NCBI GenBank assembly: GCA_031367385.1
Contig: JANLPS010000035.1
Coordinates: 1-13,421, forward strand
Direction of reading: 5' to 3'
From: Archangium sp.
GTDB taxonomy: Bacteria > Myxococcota > Myxococcia > Myxococcales > Myxococcaceae
Length of the DNA stretch: 13,421 bases
Part shown: piece after piece, positions 1 to 9,332 of the stretch
How the letters are laid out: every line of letters starts with the position of its first letter
Numbering within the stretch: position 1 is the stretch's first letter
The notes under the pieces: generated by a model
Seen by the model: only the letters and a program-made list of their open reading frames with translations
Databases searched by the model: none
Told to the model about the DNA's origin: nothing
Program-made: the position numbers and the translations under genes

Positions 1-556
1 GACTCGCGGCCACCTCGAGGGTCCCTCCGTCTTGGCGGAGCCACCGGTCGACCAGCCCTTGATCAGGCACCTCTCGCAGCGCGCGGTGACCGAACCGGCC
101 AGCCCGGGCGCGGCCGAGCACCTTGGTGCTGAGGTCACTCGCGACGAGGTCGACCCGGCCGAGCACGTTCTTTTCGGCCAGCAACATCGCGAGGGTCAGC
201 GGCTCTTCGCCAGTCGAGCACGCCGCCGACCAGATGCGCGGCCGCTTGCCACGCTCGACCAGCGGCACCACGAAGCGCTCGACGAGCACCCGCAGAGGGT
301 GCAGCTCGCGAAAGAAGAAGGTCTCGTTCACCACCAGACCGTCGAGCAGCCTCTCGAGCTCAGCGGCGCTGCCCGGGTCGTAGCGAAGAAAATAATAGTA
401 ATCGAGCAGCGACTCGAAGCCGGCTTCAGAGGCCCGGGTGCCGACGCGATCCAAGAAGAGCTCTTTCTCGTCGGGGCCGTAATGCAAGCCCGCCCGGCTC
501 TCGACGAGCGCGCTCAAGATGGCGAATAACGGCTGTGAGGCGGCCATCGAGTTCAT
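1..556 (-). CDS. cheR: Chemotaxis protein-glutamate O-methyltransferase CheR (3' end runs off the window)
   Basis: Not in the ORF track; translated by hand from ATG at 556: MNSMAASQPLFAILSALVESRAGLHY...LLDYYYFLRYD...LVVNETFFFRE...RIWSAACSTGEEPLTLAM...LVASDLS. NETxFFRE and IWSAACSTGEEP are CheR signature motifs. Starts 4 nt after the HEAT gene stop. Confidence 0.96.
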   Translation of the reverse strand, partial: MNSMAASQPLFAILSALVESRAGLHYGPDEKELFLDRVGTRASEAGFESLLDYYYFLRYDPGSAAELERLLDGLVVNETFFFRELHPLRVLVERFVVPLVERGKRPRIWSAACSTGEEPLTLAMLLAEKNVLGRVDLVASDLSTKVLGRARAGRFGHRALREVPDQGLVDRWLRQDGGTLEVAAS

Positions 557-560
557 GGGT

Positions 561-2915
561 CTAGACGCTCACCAAGACCGCGCACACCTGGCGCACCTGA
601 GGCTCGGGGTCGCTGCTGGCGGCCCGAACCAGGGCCTCCATCGCGCGGGGCGTTCGCAACGAGGCCAATGAGGCGGCCGCGGCTTTTCGAACCGCCGTCG
701 AGGGCGAGCCCATCGCCGACAACAGCGCCTCGTCGGCCTCGTGGGTATGCAAGCGTGCGAGCGCCGAGGCCACCAGCGAGGCGAGCTCGTCGTCAGCTGT
801 CGCCAGCGCAGCCGAGAGCCCGGCGACCCGTGCGGCCCCGGGCACCGAGAGAAAAGGGCTGACCCGTTCGCGCTCGGCGGGCACCGCGGCCAAGGCCACC
901 AGCGCGGCGGTCGCCTCGACTCCGGGCAGCGCGGCGAGAAACCCCAGCGCAGCCGAAGCGACGTTCTCATCGGCATCGGTCGCGGCGGTGATCAGCGCGG
1001 GCAAGGCGGCGTCTGCCGCGCTCTCGGTCAGCGCGGAGAGCGCCACCAACCTGGTCGACGCATCTGTGTCTGCCGCGGCCTTGAGCAACACCGGCAGCGC
1101 CTCGGGGCCTCGGCTGAGCCCCAAGCCAATCAAGGCCGCCCGCTGCATGTCGGGGTCAGTGCCTTCGGCGGTACGTCGCAGCGCCTGTTGGGCCTGAGGC
1201 AGCTTGAACGCCGACAGCGCCTCGACCGCGGCCACTCGAACCTGGCCAGCGTCGTCATGCAGCAGCGCCTCGAGCCGGGCGCACGTGGCGTGGGCTTGGC
1301 GGCGGCCGAGCGCCTGGCACGCGTAGTACCGAACCCAGGCGCGGGCATCGTCGAGCGCGGCGAGACAGCAAGCGTCGATGCGGTCGTCGCGCAACGCGCA
1401 TTGGCCCAAAGCCCGCAGCGCCGCGGCTCGAATCTTCTCGTTGTCTTCACGGGCTTGGCCCAGCAAGGCCTCGACGGCTTCAGGCGCCTCGAGCAAGGCG
1501 AGCCCGGCCATCACGATTTCACGAGCCGGCACGTCATCACCGCGGAGCGCCTCGAGAAACAGCGGCAGCGCCTCGGGAAAAGCGAAGTAGCTCAAGACCT
1601 GCAGGGCACCCCGGCGAATCGCCGGCCTCGGGTCGGTGGCCGCGCGCAGGGCCATCGCCTTGGTCTGGGCGCTCCCGAGCGACTGAATGGCCCCACCCGC
1701 CGCCTGAACGACCCGGCGGTTGGAGTCGGCGAGCAGCTCGAACAGCGGGCCCGACGCCTCGACCGCACCGACCCGGGCCAGAGCCTCGCAGGCCAACGCA
1801 CGAACCAAGCCGTCGCCATCGGTGAGGCACTCGGAGATCTCGGCCTGCGCGCTCACGCTGCTCATGATCGGCAACAAAATCTGTCGGCGGGCGCTGTCAC
1901 CGCTCCGCAGCGCGCCTCGAGCCTGCTGATCGGCCTCTTTGCCGAGGCGCTTGAGGGCGGCAGCGGCCACTGCGCTGACGGCGCGAGGCTCGTCGAGCAG
2001 TGAGCACAGCCCGGCGATGGCATCGGGGCCGCCGAGCGCGCCGAAGAGCTGAGCCAAGGCCCTCTGTTCTTCTTCGCTCGCGGTCGCCAGGCTTCGGGCC
2101 ATGCGCGCGATGGCGCTGGCGTCGACCTGGGCACGCCTCAAGGTCTGCTGCGGCGCCTCGAGGTTGCCGTACCGCTCGAGGTGGCGGTGGTGGAGATCGG
2201 CCAACGCCATCGCCGCGACCCGCGTCACCGATTCGCTGGGGTGCGAGAGCAGCGCGAGCAGGGGGCTGATCGCCGCCGACTCTCCGGTTCGGCCCAGCGC
2301 GCGGGCGACCTCGAGCTGGTACATCGAATTCGAGATCAACTTCGCCAACGGAGGGATCGCGCGGGGGTCACCACACCGGCCCAGCACATCAATCGCGGGG
2401 AAAACTCGAAAAAAATTGCCGCTTTGCACGGCCGAGATCAGCGCTTCGATCGCTACCGGCCCGCCGATGCGGCCCAGTGCCTCGATCGCCGCCACCGCCA
2501 CGTTGTCATCGACGTGGTTCACCAGGGGCGCGAGCACCCGAACACCGTTGGCGTTTCGACGCCGCCCGAGCACCTGAGCGGCATCGGCGACGACCGCCGG
2601 GTTTGCTTCGAGCGCCAGCGCAGTGACGGCGCCCAGCACGTCTGAGAGGCTCGCCACCAGGGCATCGACCGCGGCGGCGATGCGCGCTTCGTTGTCGCGG
2701 CGCTTTCGCAGCACCTCACACAACGCGTCTACCGCTGGCTGACCCAGCAGGCTAAGCGCCGTGACCGCTTCGCGACGCACCGACCAGCTTGGGTCTGAGA
2801 GCCCCTCAATCAGCGCCGCCACGCCACCCTGCCCCAGCGCCAGCTGTTTCTGCACCTCATTGACCCGCTGCTGCTCGGCGGGGGTCAAGGCGGCGGCGAT
2901 GGGCCGGTGGTTCAT
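561..2915 (-). CDS. HEAT-repeat (PBS lyase-like) protein, Cpc7-like, 784 aa
   Basis: Repeated L..D....VR..A..ALG motifs along the whole length ([46 protein letters not shown]). Lies between mcp and cheR, as cpc7 does in the M. xanthus che7 cluster. ATGA overlap with the mcp stop. Confidence 0.92.
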   Translation of the reverse strand: MNHRPIAAALTPAEQQRVNEVQKQLALGQGGVAALIEGLSDPSWSVRREAVTALSLLGQPAVDALCEVLRKRRDNEARIAAAVDALVASLSDVLGAVTALALEANPAVVADAAQVLGRRRNANGVRVLAPLVNHVDDNVAVAAIEALGRIGGPVAIEALISAVQSGNFFRVFPAIDVLGRCGDPRAIPPLAKLISNSMYQLEVARALGRTGESAAISPLLALLSHPSESVTRVAAMALADLHHRHLERYGNLEAPQQTLRRAQVDASAIARMARSLATASEEEQRALAQLFGALGGPDAIAGLCSLLDEPRAVSAVAAAALKRLGKEADQQARGALRSGDSARRQILLPIMSSVSAQAEISECLTDGDGLVRALACEALARVGAVEASGPLFELLADSNRRVVQAAGGAIQSLGSAQTKAMALRAATDPRPAIRRGALQVLSYFAFPEALPLFLEALRGDDVPAREIVMAGLALLEAPEAVEALLGQAREDNEKIRAAALRALGQCALRDDRIDACCLAALDDARAWVRYYACQALGRRQAHATCARLEALLHDDAGQVRVAAVEALSAFKLPQAQQALRRTAEGTDPDMQRAALIGLGLSRGPEALPVLLKAAADTDASTRLVALSALTESAADAALPALITAATDADENVASAALGFLAALPGVEATAALVALAAVPAERERVSPFLSVPGAARVAGLSAALATADDELASLVASALARLHTHEADEALLSAMGSPSTAVRKAAAASLASLRTPRAMEALVRAASSDPEPQVRQVCAVLVSV

Positions 2916-5461
2916 GACTTCTCCGGGGCCCCTGGGTTCGGGTGCCCGCGTTCGGCCTTCGCAAACGCCGCTCCCAGAGAGACGACCTGCTCGGCCTGCT
3001 CGACGTTCGCGAGCCGAATCTTCTGAATGTCTGCGGCGACCGAGCGAATGTCGGCCGTGGCGAGGGTGGCGACCTTGAGCTGCTGGGCAACACCGCTGGC
3101 GACGTCGCGCGTTTGAACCCGCGCATCACCAATGACCTTCACCACCTGCTCACTGGCTGATTGTTGCTCGAGAATCGCTCGCGAGACGCCTTGGAGCGCG
3201 CCGGTCTGCCGCGCGACGGTCTGAGAGATGGAGCTGATCGCCTCGGCTTGCTCGGCCAAGCCCTTGGCCGAGACCCGGGCAGCCCGACGAACCTCGTCTG
3301 AGTTCTTGACCAGCGACGAGATGCCCTGGGTCTGCTCGATGGTCGCGGTGTTGAGCGAGGCCGACAAGCGGGCCAGCTCTCGGGCGGTGGCCTCGACCTC
3401 TTTCGAGACCTTGGCCTGCTCAGCGACGGCGCGGGAGGTGTGCACCGCCTGGTTGCGCGCATCGTCCATCGCGCGGGCGACCCCGGTGGCGCCCTTGGCC
3501 TGCTCGGCGAGGCCGGTGACCGCGCGCTGCAGCGACATCGACACCTCTTTGCTGGCGACGGCCTGGGTGGCCAACGCCTTGGTCTGCTCGCTGATCGAGC
3601 TGGCGGTCTTGTGCGTCAGCCCTCGCATCACCAACGAGGCCTTGGCCAGCTGGGCCGCGCTCGTGGCCTGCTCCTCCATGGCGCGTGACACGTGGGCCGC
3701 CCCGGCGGTGAGCCGCGCGTTGGCCTTGACGACCTCTCGCAGCGCCCGGGCCTGCTCGAGGGTGGCCTCGCGGGTCTGCCGAGCCATCTGCCGCATCTCG
3801 GAGGCGCCCTTGGTAAGCAGCTGCGTGGCTTGGGTCTGTTCGGCGGCGGCGCGGGCGATGTTGTGGCTCTCTTGGCTCAGCTTGAGCGCGTTCTTGCCCA
3901 GCGCGCTGACCGCGTCGCTCTGCTCGACGGAGGCCCGCTCGACCTCTTTGACCGAGGTGCTGACCTCATTGACTCCCCCGAGAATCGCGCTCAGCGCCTC
4001 GTTGGCCGACTCTGCAAGGCGGCTGCCCTCTTCGGCGACCTTGGTGTTCTCGGCTGACGCGGTGGCGGCTTGCCGCGCGGTCGACTGCAGGCTGCGCACG
4101 ATCTTCGCGACGTCGCTGCTGGCGGTGGCGGCGCGATCGGCGAGGGCTCGAATCTCTTCTGCGACCACCGCGAACCCGCGACCGTGCTCGCCAGCGCGGG
4201 CGGCCTCGATGCTGGCGTTGAGCGAGAGCAGGTTGGTGCGGTCAGCGATGAGATTGATGGTCTGAACGATGTCGCCGATCTCCTCGACCCGCTTGTCCAT
4301 TTCTTTCATCACCGCTGACGACTCGCCAATCGACGCCCGAATCGTCACCAGGCCCGAGATCGACTTCTTGAGCGTGACGGCGCCATCGCGCGCGTCGGTG
4401 CTAACCCGCGCCGCGGTCTGCCCCGCGCTCTGCACGATGCCCAAGATGCGCTTGGTGGCCACATCAAGCTCGCCAGCCCCGGCGGCGCTGGTCGAAGCCA
4501 TCAAGTTGAGCTGCTCGGCGCTCTTGGCGACCCCGGTGGCCGAGCGGGCTGACTGCTCGATCGCCGCAGCGTTCGAATCGACGGTGGCGGCGTTCTTTTC
4601 GGCGGTCGAGGCGACCTGTTCGACGGAGGCCGCGATCTGTTCGGCCGCGCTGGCGTTCGAAGCGGTGGTGGCCTCGAGCGCTTTGGCCTGTTCGGCGACC
4701 GCGCGCACCGAGCGCGACATCTCTTCTGCGGTGGCCGAGGTCTCTTCGACCGCGCTGGCCATCTCGAGTGCATCGCGCGCCACCACGTCGAGCCCGGCGC
4801 TGACTCCGGTCACGCCGCTCGACATCGCGACCACCTGGTCGGCGGCGGCCTTCGAATCGGTCGACAAGCGGGTGATGCCCTTGGCCATCTCTTCGATGGT
4901 CGATGAGACCTCTTCGATGGTGGCCGCAAGGCTCTGGCCCCGACCGGCGATGTCAGTGACGCTGGCGCTGGTCTGGGTCACGGTCGCGGCGAGCTCTTCG
5001 CCGAGGCTGGCCAGGTCGGCGACGTTCGAGCTGACGCCGGTCACGGAGCGGGCGAACTGCTCGAGGGTCACCGAGGTGCTCTCGGCCGAAATGGCCAGCG
5101 CTTCACCTGATTTTTGAGCGCTCGAGACCGACGCGGCGAGCTCAATCAGACCGGCGGCCGAGGTCTCGAAGCCGCCGAGCGTGTCGTTCACCGAAGCCGC
5201 GATGGTGGCCTGCGAGCGCGCCACCGACTGCACCGTGCTCAGCAGCTCTTCGATGCTGACCGCGAGGGTCTCGGCGCCGGTTCGAATCTCTTCGGCGCTG
5301 GCGGCCTGCTTGGCCCCGCCAGACGCCAGGCGGGTCGCAGCCTCTTCGACCGAGAGCGCATGCTTCGCGGTCTCACGCAGCGAGCTGGCGGTGCTCTTCA
5401 CCTGCGTCGAGGTGTCCGGGTGGCCATTCGTGCCGTTGGTGCTCTTCGTTTTTTTGGCCAT
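2912..5461 (-). CDS. mcp: Cytoplasmic methyl-accepting chemotaxis protein, 849 aa, no TM or sensor domain (Mcp7-like)
   Basis: Conserved signalling tip [37 protein letters not shown]; the rest is Ala/Ser/Thr-rich coiled coil with EE/EQ pairs; no hydrophobic TM stretch; AGGAG ribosome-binding site upstream of the ATG. Confidence 0.96.
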   Translation of the reverse strand: MAKKTKSTNGTNGHPDTSTQVKSTASSLRETAKHALSVEEAATRLASGGAKQAASAEEIRTGAETLAVSIEELLSTVQSVARSQATIAASVNDTLGGFETSAAGLIELAASVSSAQKSGEALAISAESTSVTLEQFARSVTGVSSNVADLASLGEELAATVTQTSASVTDIAGRGQSLAATIEEVSSTIEEMAKGITRLSTDSKAAADQVVAMSSGVTGVSAGLDVVARDALEMASAVEETSATAEEMSRSVRAVAEQAKALEATTASNASAAEQIAASVEQVASTAEKNAATVDSNAAAIEQSARSATGVAKSAEQLNLMASTSAAGAGELDVATKRILGIVQSAGQTAARVSTDARDGAVTLKKSISGLVTIRASIGESSAVMKEMDKRVEEIGDIVQTINLIADRTNLLSLNASIEAARAGEHGRGFAVVAEEIRALADRAATASSDVAKIVRSLQSTARQAATASAENTKVAEEGSRLAESANEALSAILGGVNEVSTSVKEVERASVEQSDAVSALGKNALKLSQESHNIARAAAEQTQATQLLTKGASEMRQMARQTREATLEQARALREVVKANARLTAGAAHVSRAMEEQATSAAQLAKASLVMRGLTHKTASSISEQTKALATQAVASKEVSMSLQRAVTGLAEQAKGATGVARAMDDARNQAVHTSRAVAEQAKVSKEVEATARELARLSASLNTATIEQTQGISSLVKNSDEVRRAARVSAKGLAEQAEAISSISQTVARQTGALQGVSRAILEQQSASEQVVKVIGDARVQTRDVASGVAQQLKVATLATADIRSVAADIQKIRLANVEQAEQVVSLGAAFAKAERGHPNPGAPEKS
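2996..3925 (-). repeat. Degenerate 28-aa (84-bp) tandem repeat in the C-terminal arm of the MCP
   Basis: Twelve [E/Q]Q dipeptides at an exact 28-residue spacing: EQSDA, EQTQA, EQARA, EQATS, EQTKA, EQAKG, EQAKV, EQTQG, EQAEA, EQQSA, QQLKV, EQAEQ. First Glu codon at 3925, last at 3001, i.e. 11 x 84 bp apart. Confidence 0.9.
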
Positions 5462-5465
5462 GGTG

Positions 5466-5903
5466 CTACTCCTGTGGAAGTGCGTCTTGCCCGATGATTT
5501 TCGAAAAATCGATGCGCATCACCAACCGCGTGCCAGCCTGCGCGACCTGGCTCACGAACCCTCTTGACTGCTGCTCGACCACCGCTGGTGGGGGGTGAAA
5601 CGCGTCGCTCTCGATGCGAACGACCTCGCGGGCCGAATCAGCGAGCAGGCCCACGGTTCGAGCCCCGTCGCGCACCACGATCACCCGTGAATCGAGCCCT
5701 CGCGGCACCGGCTGAAGCCCGAAGCGCGCTCGCAGGTCGATCACCGGTATCACCTGGCCACGAATCTGAACCAGCCCGGCCACGTACGACGCCGCACCCG
5801 GCACCTCGGTCGCTCGAACGAACGACTCCATCTGCACAACGTCGGAGGCAGGTAAGACGTAGTCGGCGTCACCGACCTTGAACAACACGTGCAGCACGCT
5901 CAT
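5466..5903 (-). CDS. cheW: Chemotaxis coupling protein CheW, 145 aa
   Basis: [29 protein letters not shown] and VGLLAD are CheW motifs; lies between cheA and mcp; ATGA overlap with the cheA stop. Confidence 0.97.
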   Translation of the reverse strand: MSVLHVLFKVGDADYVLPASDVVQMESFVRATEVPGAASYVAGLVQIRGQVIPVIDLRARFGLQPVPRGLDSRVIVVRDGARTVGLLADSAREVVRIESDAFHPPPAVVEQQSRGFVSQVAQAGTRLVMRIDFSKIIGQDALPQE

Positions 5904-7915
5904 GACGCGGCCCCGCTGGTGCTTGCGCGTTCAACCAGCGCGAGCAGGTCGAGCACCAAGGTGGGCTGCCCGTCGCCCAGGTCAGTGCTGCCTGAGATGC
6001 CATCGACCGTCACCAGCGCGTCTTTGAGCGGTCGCACGACGATCTCTTGCTGGTTGAGCATCTTGTCGACCTCGAAGGCGAAGCGTTTGTCGCTCTTGGC
6101 GACGATGATGGCGATCGGCTGGGTCGCGGCGGCGCCAGAGAACCCGAGCAGCGCGCCCAGCTTGAACAGCGGCACCGACTGCCCCCGGTACTGCAGCAAC
6201 CGCGCGGGAGACCCGCGGCCTGTGAGCATCGGGGGCCCTGAGACGGCGGTGGGTGCGATCTCGACCAGGTCGTCGACCGAGCTGACCGGCACCACGAAGG
6301 TGCGCGTCGCCGACAGAAACGAGAAGGCGTCGAGAATGGTGACGCTGAGCGGCACCGTCAGCATGAACCGGGTGCCCCGCCCTGGCTCGGTGCGCAGCTC
6401 GAGCTGGCCGCCGAGGTCGTCGCAGACGATGCGCTTGACGATGTCCATGCCCAAGCCGCGGCCGCTGGTGTGGGTCGCCTTGTCGAGGGTCGAGAGCCCG
6501 GGCCGGGTGATCAGCGCGAGCAGACCAGCGTCATCGGGCGGCACGGGCTTGCCGGCGCGCCGGGCGACCTTCACCGCATCGATGCCGCGCCCATCGTCAG
6601 CCACCACGAGGGTGAGGTGGCTGCCAGACGAGGCGACGCAGGTGATGTCGATGCGCCCCTCGGCGGGTTTGCCGTTGGCTTTTCGTTCATCAGGCAATTC
6701 GATCGCGTGGTCGACCGCGTTTCGAAGCAGGTGCACGATCGCCGGCGCCAACCGGTCTGCCACCGACTTGTCGAGCTCGCTGCGCCCCGCGTCGAGGTGC
6801 AACTGCACCGGCTTGCCCGAGCTTCGGCTCAAGCCGCGAATCAGCAGCGGCGTGCGCTCGAGCATCTCGGCCACCGACACCATGCGGGCCCGCATCAAGG
6901 CGGCGCGCAGGTCTCGGAGCTGGCGCGCGTTCTCGCCCAGAATGGCGTTCAGCTCGCGAAATTGAACCTGGCCCTGCGACACCGCCGCCACCGAGCGCTG
7001 CAACCGCAGCCGGGTCACCATCAGCGCCGAGAGCACCTCGAGGGCGTCATCGAGCCGCTGCACCTCGACCCGCACCACGTTGCGACCCTGCCCCTGGTCG
7101 TCTGACCGGTCGAGCCCGTCATCGTCGAGGGCCGCGAGCGCAGGCTCCACGCTGACCGCGATCAGCTCTTGAATCTGGTCGGGAGCGACATCGACGACCC
7201 GCGCCAGCTCGTCGTTGCCGGCGTCGGTGACCACCAGCAAGATGAAGGCGACGGCAGCGGGGGTGGTGGCGGTGGCCGGCACGCTCCGCGGCAGCACCTT
7301 GACCAGCTCGCCCAGCGAGGCGATCTGCGCTCTGACCGAGGTGATGCTCAGCCCGCGCGCCGCCCGCTCTTGCGAGGGCATGAAATCGGCTCGAATCGCC
7401 CGCTTGCCTTGCGCCAGCCCCTGCAGCAGCTGCGCTTGCTCGGCCAAAGAGAGCTTGGCGAGCAGCTCAGCCTCGAGCGAGAGGGTGCCTGACTTGAGCG
7501 CCGGCCCTGCGTCGAGCTGCAGCGCCGCGAGCGCGGTGAGCAGCTCTTTGGGCGCGACCGGCAGCGTCTCTTTTCGCGAGAGGTTGCCGACGCGCTCTTC
7601 AATCGCCTTTAACGCCCGCACGATCTGGTCGACGGCCTGCGCGGGCAGCCGCCCCCCGGAGCGATCGGCCGAGCGCAGCAGCGTCTCGAGCTCGTGGGCG
7701 ATGTCGACGATCGGCTCGGCCCCGACCATCGCCGAGAGGCCCTTGATGGTGTGGAGCGCCCGAAACAGCTCACGAACGGCCTTGGGGTTCGCGCCACCCT
7801 TCTGCAGCGACGCATCGAGCGCCACCAGACAAGCCCTCGACGCCTTCAGGTGATCATCGACCTCAGCCAGATACCCGACGATGAACTCTTCGACGTCGAG
7901 CGAGTCGGTGGTCAT
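5900..7915 (-). CDS. cheA: Chemotaxis histidine kinase CheA, 671 aa
   Basis: Hpt motif LFRALHTIKG, dimerisation region VRVEVQRLDDAL, N box HLLRNAVDH, G1 DDGRGID, G2 SGRGLGMDIV, C-terminal CheW-like domain (QEIVVRPL...GISGSTDLGDG). No fused receiver domain. Confidence 0.97.
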   Translation of the reverse strand: MTTDSLDVEEFIVGYLAEVDDHLKASRACLVALDASLQKGGANPKAVRELFRALHTIKGLSAMVGAEPIVDIAHELETLLRSADRSGGRLPAQAVDQIVRALKAIEERVGNLSRKETLPVAPKELLTALAALQLDAGPALKSGTLSLEAELLAKLSLAEQAQLLQGLAQGKRAIRADFMPSQERAARGLSITSVRAQIASLGELVKVLPRSVPATATTPAAVAFILLVVTDAGNDELARVVDVAPDQIQELIAVSVEPALAALDDDGLDRSDDQGQGRNVVRVEVQRLDDALEVLSALMVTRLRLQRSVAAVSQGQVQFRELNAILGENARQLRDLRAALMRARMVSVAEMLERTPLLIRGLSRSSGKPVQLHLDAGRSELDKSVADRLAPAIVHLLRNAVDHAIELPDERKANGKPAEGRIDITCVASSGSHLTLVVADDGRGIDAVKVARRAGKPVPPDDAGLLALITRPGLSTLDKATHTSGRGLGMDIVKRIVCDDLGGQLELRTEPGRGTRFMLTVPLSVTILDAFSFLSATRTFVVPVSSVDDLVEIAPTAVSGPPMLTGRGSPARLLQYRGQSVPLFKLGALLGFSGAAATQPIAIIVAKSDKRFAFEVDKMLNQQEIVVRPLKDALVTVDGISGSTDLGDGQPTLVLDLLALVERASTSGAAS

Positions 7916-8298
7916 GGCGTTGCCGCGGCCGAGTCGATCAATGACCTCACCTCCGACAACAACCCTTCGGGGGTGAACGGCTTGGTCAAGAAGCGTGAGG
8001 CTCCGACGCTGAGCGCTTGCTCGCGAGAAGCATCGTCACCGCGGGTCGTGATCATGATGATCGGCAGGTCTTTGAGCGTGTCTTGGCTGCGTACGAACTC
8101 GACCACCTCGAGGCCGCCGATGTCGGGCATGTTCATGTCGAGCAGCAGCAGTTCGTAGGGCCTGAGCGACAGCTTCTCGATCGCCTCGAGCCCGCTCGCG
8201 GCATGGGTAAAGGCCAGCGAGCCCTCGGGCCGCAGACAGGCGACGATCATGTCGCGCATCACCTTGCTGTCATCGACGACGAGCACCTCTCGCACCAC
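7912..8298 (-). CDS. cheY: Single-domain response regulator CheY, about 128 aa
   Basis: VVDDS acidic pair, phosphoacceptor in LLDMNMP, ITT and FLTKPF motifs intact. Two tandem GTG codons; the GAGGG site is better spaced for the second GTG (8295), so the start may be 8295. ATGA overlap with cheA. Confidence 0.95.
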   Translation of the reverse strand: MVREVLVVDDSKVMRDMIVACLRPEGSLAFTHAASGLEAIEKLSLRPYELLLLDMNMPDIGGLEVVEFVRSQDTLKDLPIIMITTRGDDASREQALSVGASRFLTKPFTPEGLLSEVRSLIDSAAATP

Positions 8299-8371
8299 AG
8301 CCCTCTGGCGTGATCTCCGGTGGAAGTCAAAGGCTTATTCCCCAGTGAAACCGGGCATCTGAGGAGCCCCG

Positions 8372-8401
8372 TGACACATTTATTCCCACAGAAGACACTG
8401 C
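8372..8401 (+). promoter_or_regulatory. Candidate ECF-sigma promoter TGACACA-N17-CACTGC upstream of the sigma gene
   Basis: TGACACA at 8372-8378, 17-nt spacer, CACTGC at 8396-8401, ending 9 nt before ATG 8411. Both half-sites and the spacing recur exactly at 8944-8973. Confidence 0.65.
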
Positions 8402-8410
8402 CTTTGGTTC

Positions 8411-9037
8411 ATGCCCGGCCGAGCCCCCACCTCAGCAGACCTCGTCGCCTTGATGCAGGCGGGTGATCTCGCCGCCCTCGATCTCGTTGCCAGACAGTAC
8501 GGGCAGACGTTGCTGGCCGTGGCACGCCGGCGCTGCCACCTCGCGGCTGACGCCGAAGACGCGGTTCAGCAGGCGCTGATCACGGCCAGTGCTGCGATGA
8601 CCACCATTCGCGCCGAAGGCTCGCCCGTCGCTTGGCTGTCGACCCTGGTCTCGCGGCAGTGTCATCGAATGAATGAGCACGCCCAGAAAGAGCGCGCTGA
8701 AGGCGCCACCGACCTGCCGTGCACCTGTGACGACCCCGCCGCGCTCGCCGAGCAGCGCCAGCTTTCGGAGCGCCTGAGCGACGCGCTGATGGGCTTACCG
8801 CGCACCGACCGGCTACTGATCATGCTCTCGACCCAGGGCTTCACCAGCCTCGAGCTCGGCGAGCAGCTCGGGCTGACCAGCAACGCCGTGCGCAGCCGCC
8901 TCAAGCGCGCCCGGGCCCACCTTCGCGCGTCGCTGACACCCGCTGACACACTCGAACCGCTCGGGAGCACTGCTGAGGCGAACCCCACACCCGGAGTACC
9001 GCCCCATGCTGGAGCCCCGCCTCAAACAGACCGATGA
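8411..9037 (+). CDS. ECF-family sigma-70 factor with four Cys (C42, C84, C104-x-C106), 208 aa
   Basis: Sigma2 motifs DAEDAVQQAL and SPVAWLSTLV; sigma4 motifs ALMGLPRTDR and ELGEQLGLTSNAVRSRLKRARAHLR; Pro-rich low-complexity tail overlapping the next gene by 32 bp. Confidence 0.93.
   Translation: MPGRAPTSADLVALMQAGDLAALDLVARQYGQTLLAVARRRCHLAADAEDAVQQALITASAAMTTIRAEGSPVAWLSTLVSRQCHRMNEHAQKERAEGATDLPCTCDDPAALAEQRQLSERLSDALMGLPRTDRLLIMLSTQGFTSLELGEQLGLTSNAVRSRLKRARAHLRASLTPADTLEPLGSTAEANPTPGVPPHAGAPPQTDR
8944..8973 (+). promoter_or_regulatory. Second copy of TGACACA-N17-CACTGC, inside the sigma 3' tail and upstream of the thioredoxin
   Basis: TGACACA at 8944-8950, 17-nt spacer, CACTGC at 8968-8973, followed by GGAG (8993-8996) and ATG 9006. 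Confidence 0.65.
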
Positions 9038-9332
9038 AACCCACTTCGCCCAAGATCTGAGCTCGGCGCCACTGGTGTTGGTGAAGTTCACCGGCACCTG
9101 GTGCCCGCCCTGCCGAGCAATGCAGCCGACCCTCGACGCGCTGGTGAAAGACCGGGCCGACCTGGTGGTGCTCAGCGTCGACGTCGACACCGATCAGTCG
9201 GTCGCCCAGCAGTACGGCGTTCGCGCGATACCCACGTTGATCGCCTTTCGCGGCGGCAGACCCATCGGTCAGCTGGTGGGCAACGCTTCACGCACGGCGA
9301 TCGAGAAATTGCTCGGCGACGCTCCGCGCTAA
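9006..9332 (+). CDS. Thioredoxin-family protein (WCPPC active site), 108 aa
   Basis: LVLVKFTGTWCPPCRAM, VDVD, YGVRAIPTLIAF (cis-Pro loop); thioredoxin-sized; GGAG ribosome-binding site 9 nt upstream. Confidence 0.95.
   Translation: MLEPRLKQTDETHFAQDLSSAPLVLVKFTGTWCPPCRAMQPTLDALVKDRADLVVLSVDVDTDQSVAQQYGVRAIPTLIAFRGGRPIGQLVGNASRTAIEKLLGDAPR

Noticed and set aside
2996..3925. 84-bp periodic CTGCTC motifs considered as a CRISPR-like or non-coding array
   Set aside because: Fully explained by the EQ codons of the MCP protein repeat; no conserved long DNA repeat and no cas genes.
6480..6520. CheA F-box reads ITRPGLST rather than IFxPGFST
   Set aside because: N, G1 and G2 boxes and the Hpt His are intact; likely subfamily variation, not inactivation.
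32..7853. Long plus-strand ORFs over the che operon (e.g. 741-2003, 3228-4265, 4269-5117, 5889-6965)
   Set aside because: Antisense shadows of well-supported minus-strand genes in GC-rich DNA; low-complexity Ala/Ser/Arg translations with no motifs.
9329..9332. Overlapping stop codons of convergent genes with no terminator hairpin
   Set aside because: Common in compact GC-rich genomes; nothing suggests a special function.
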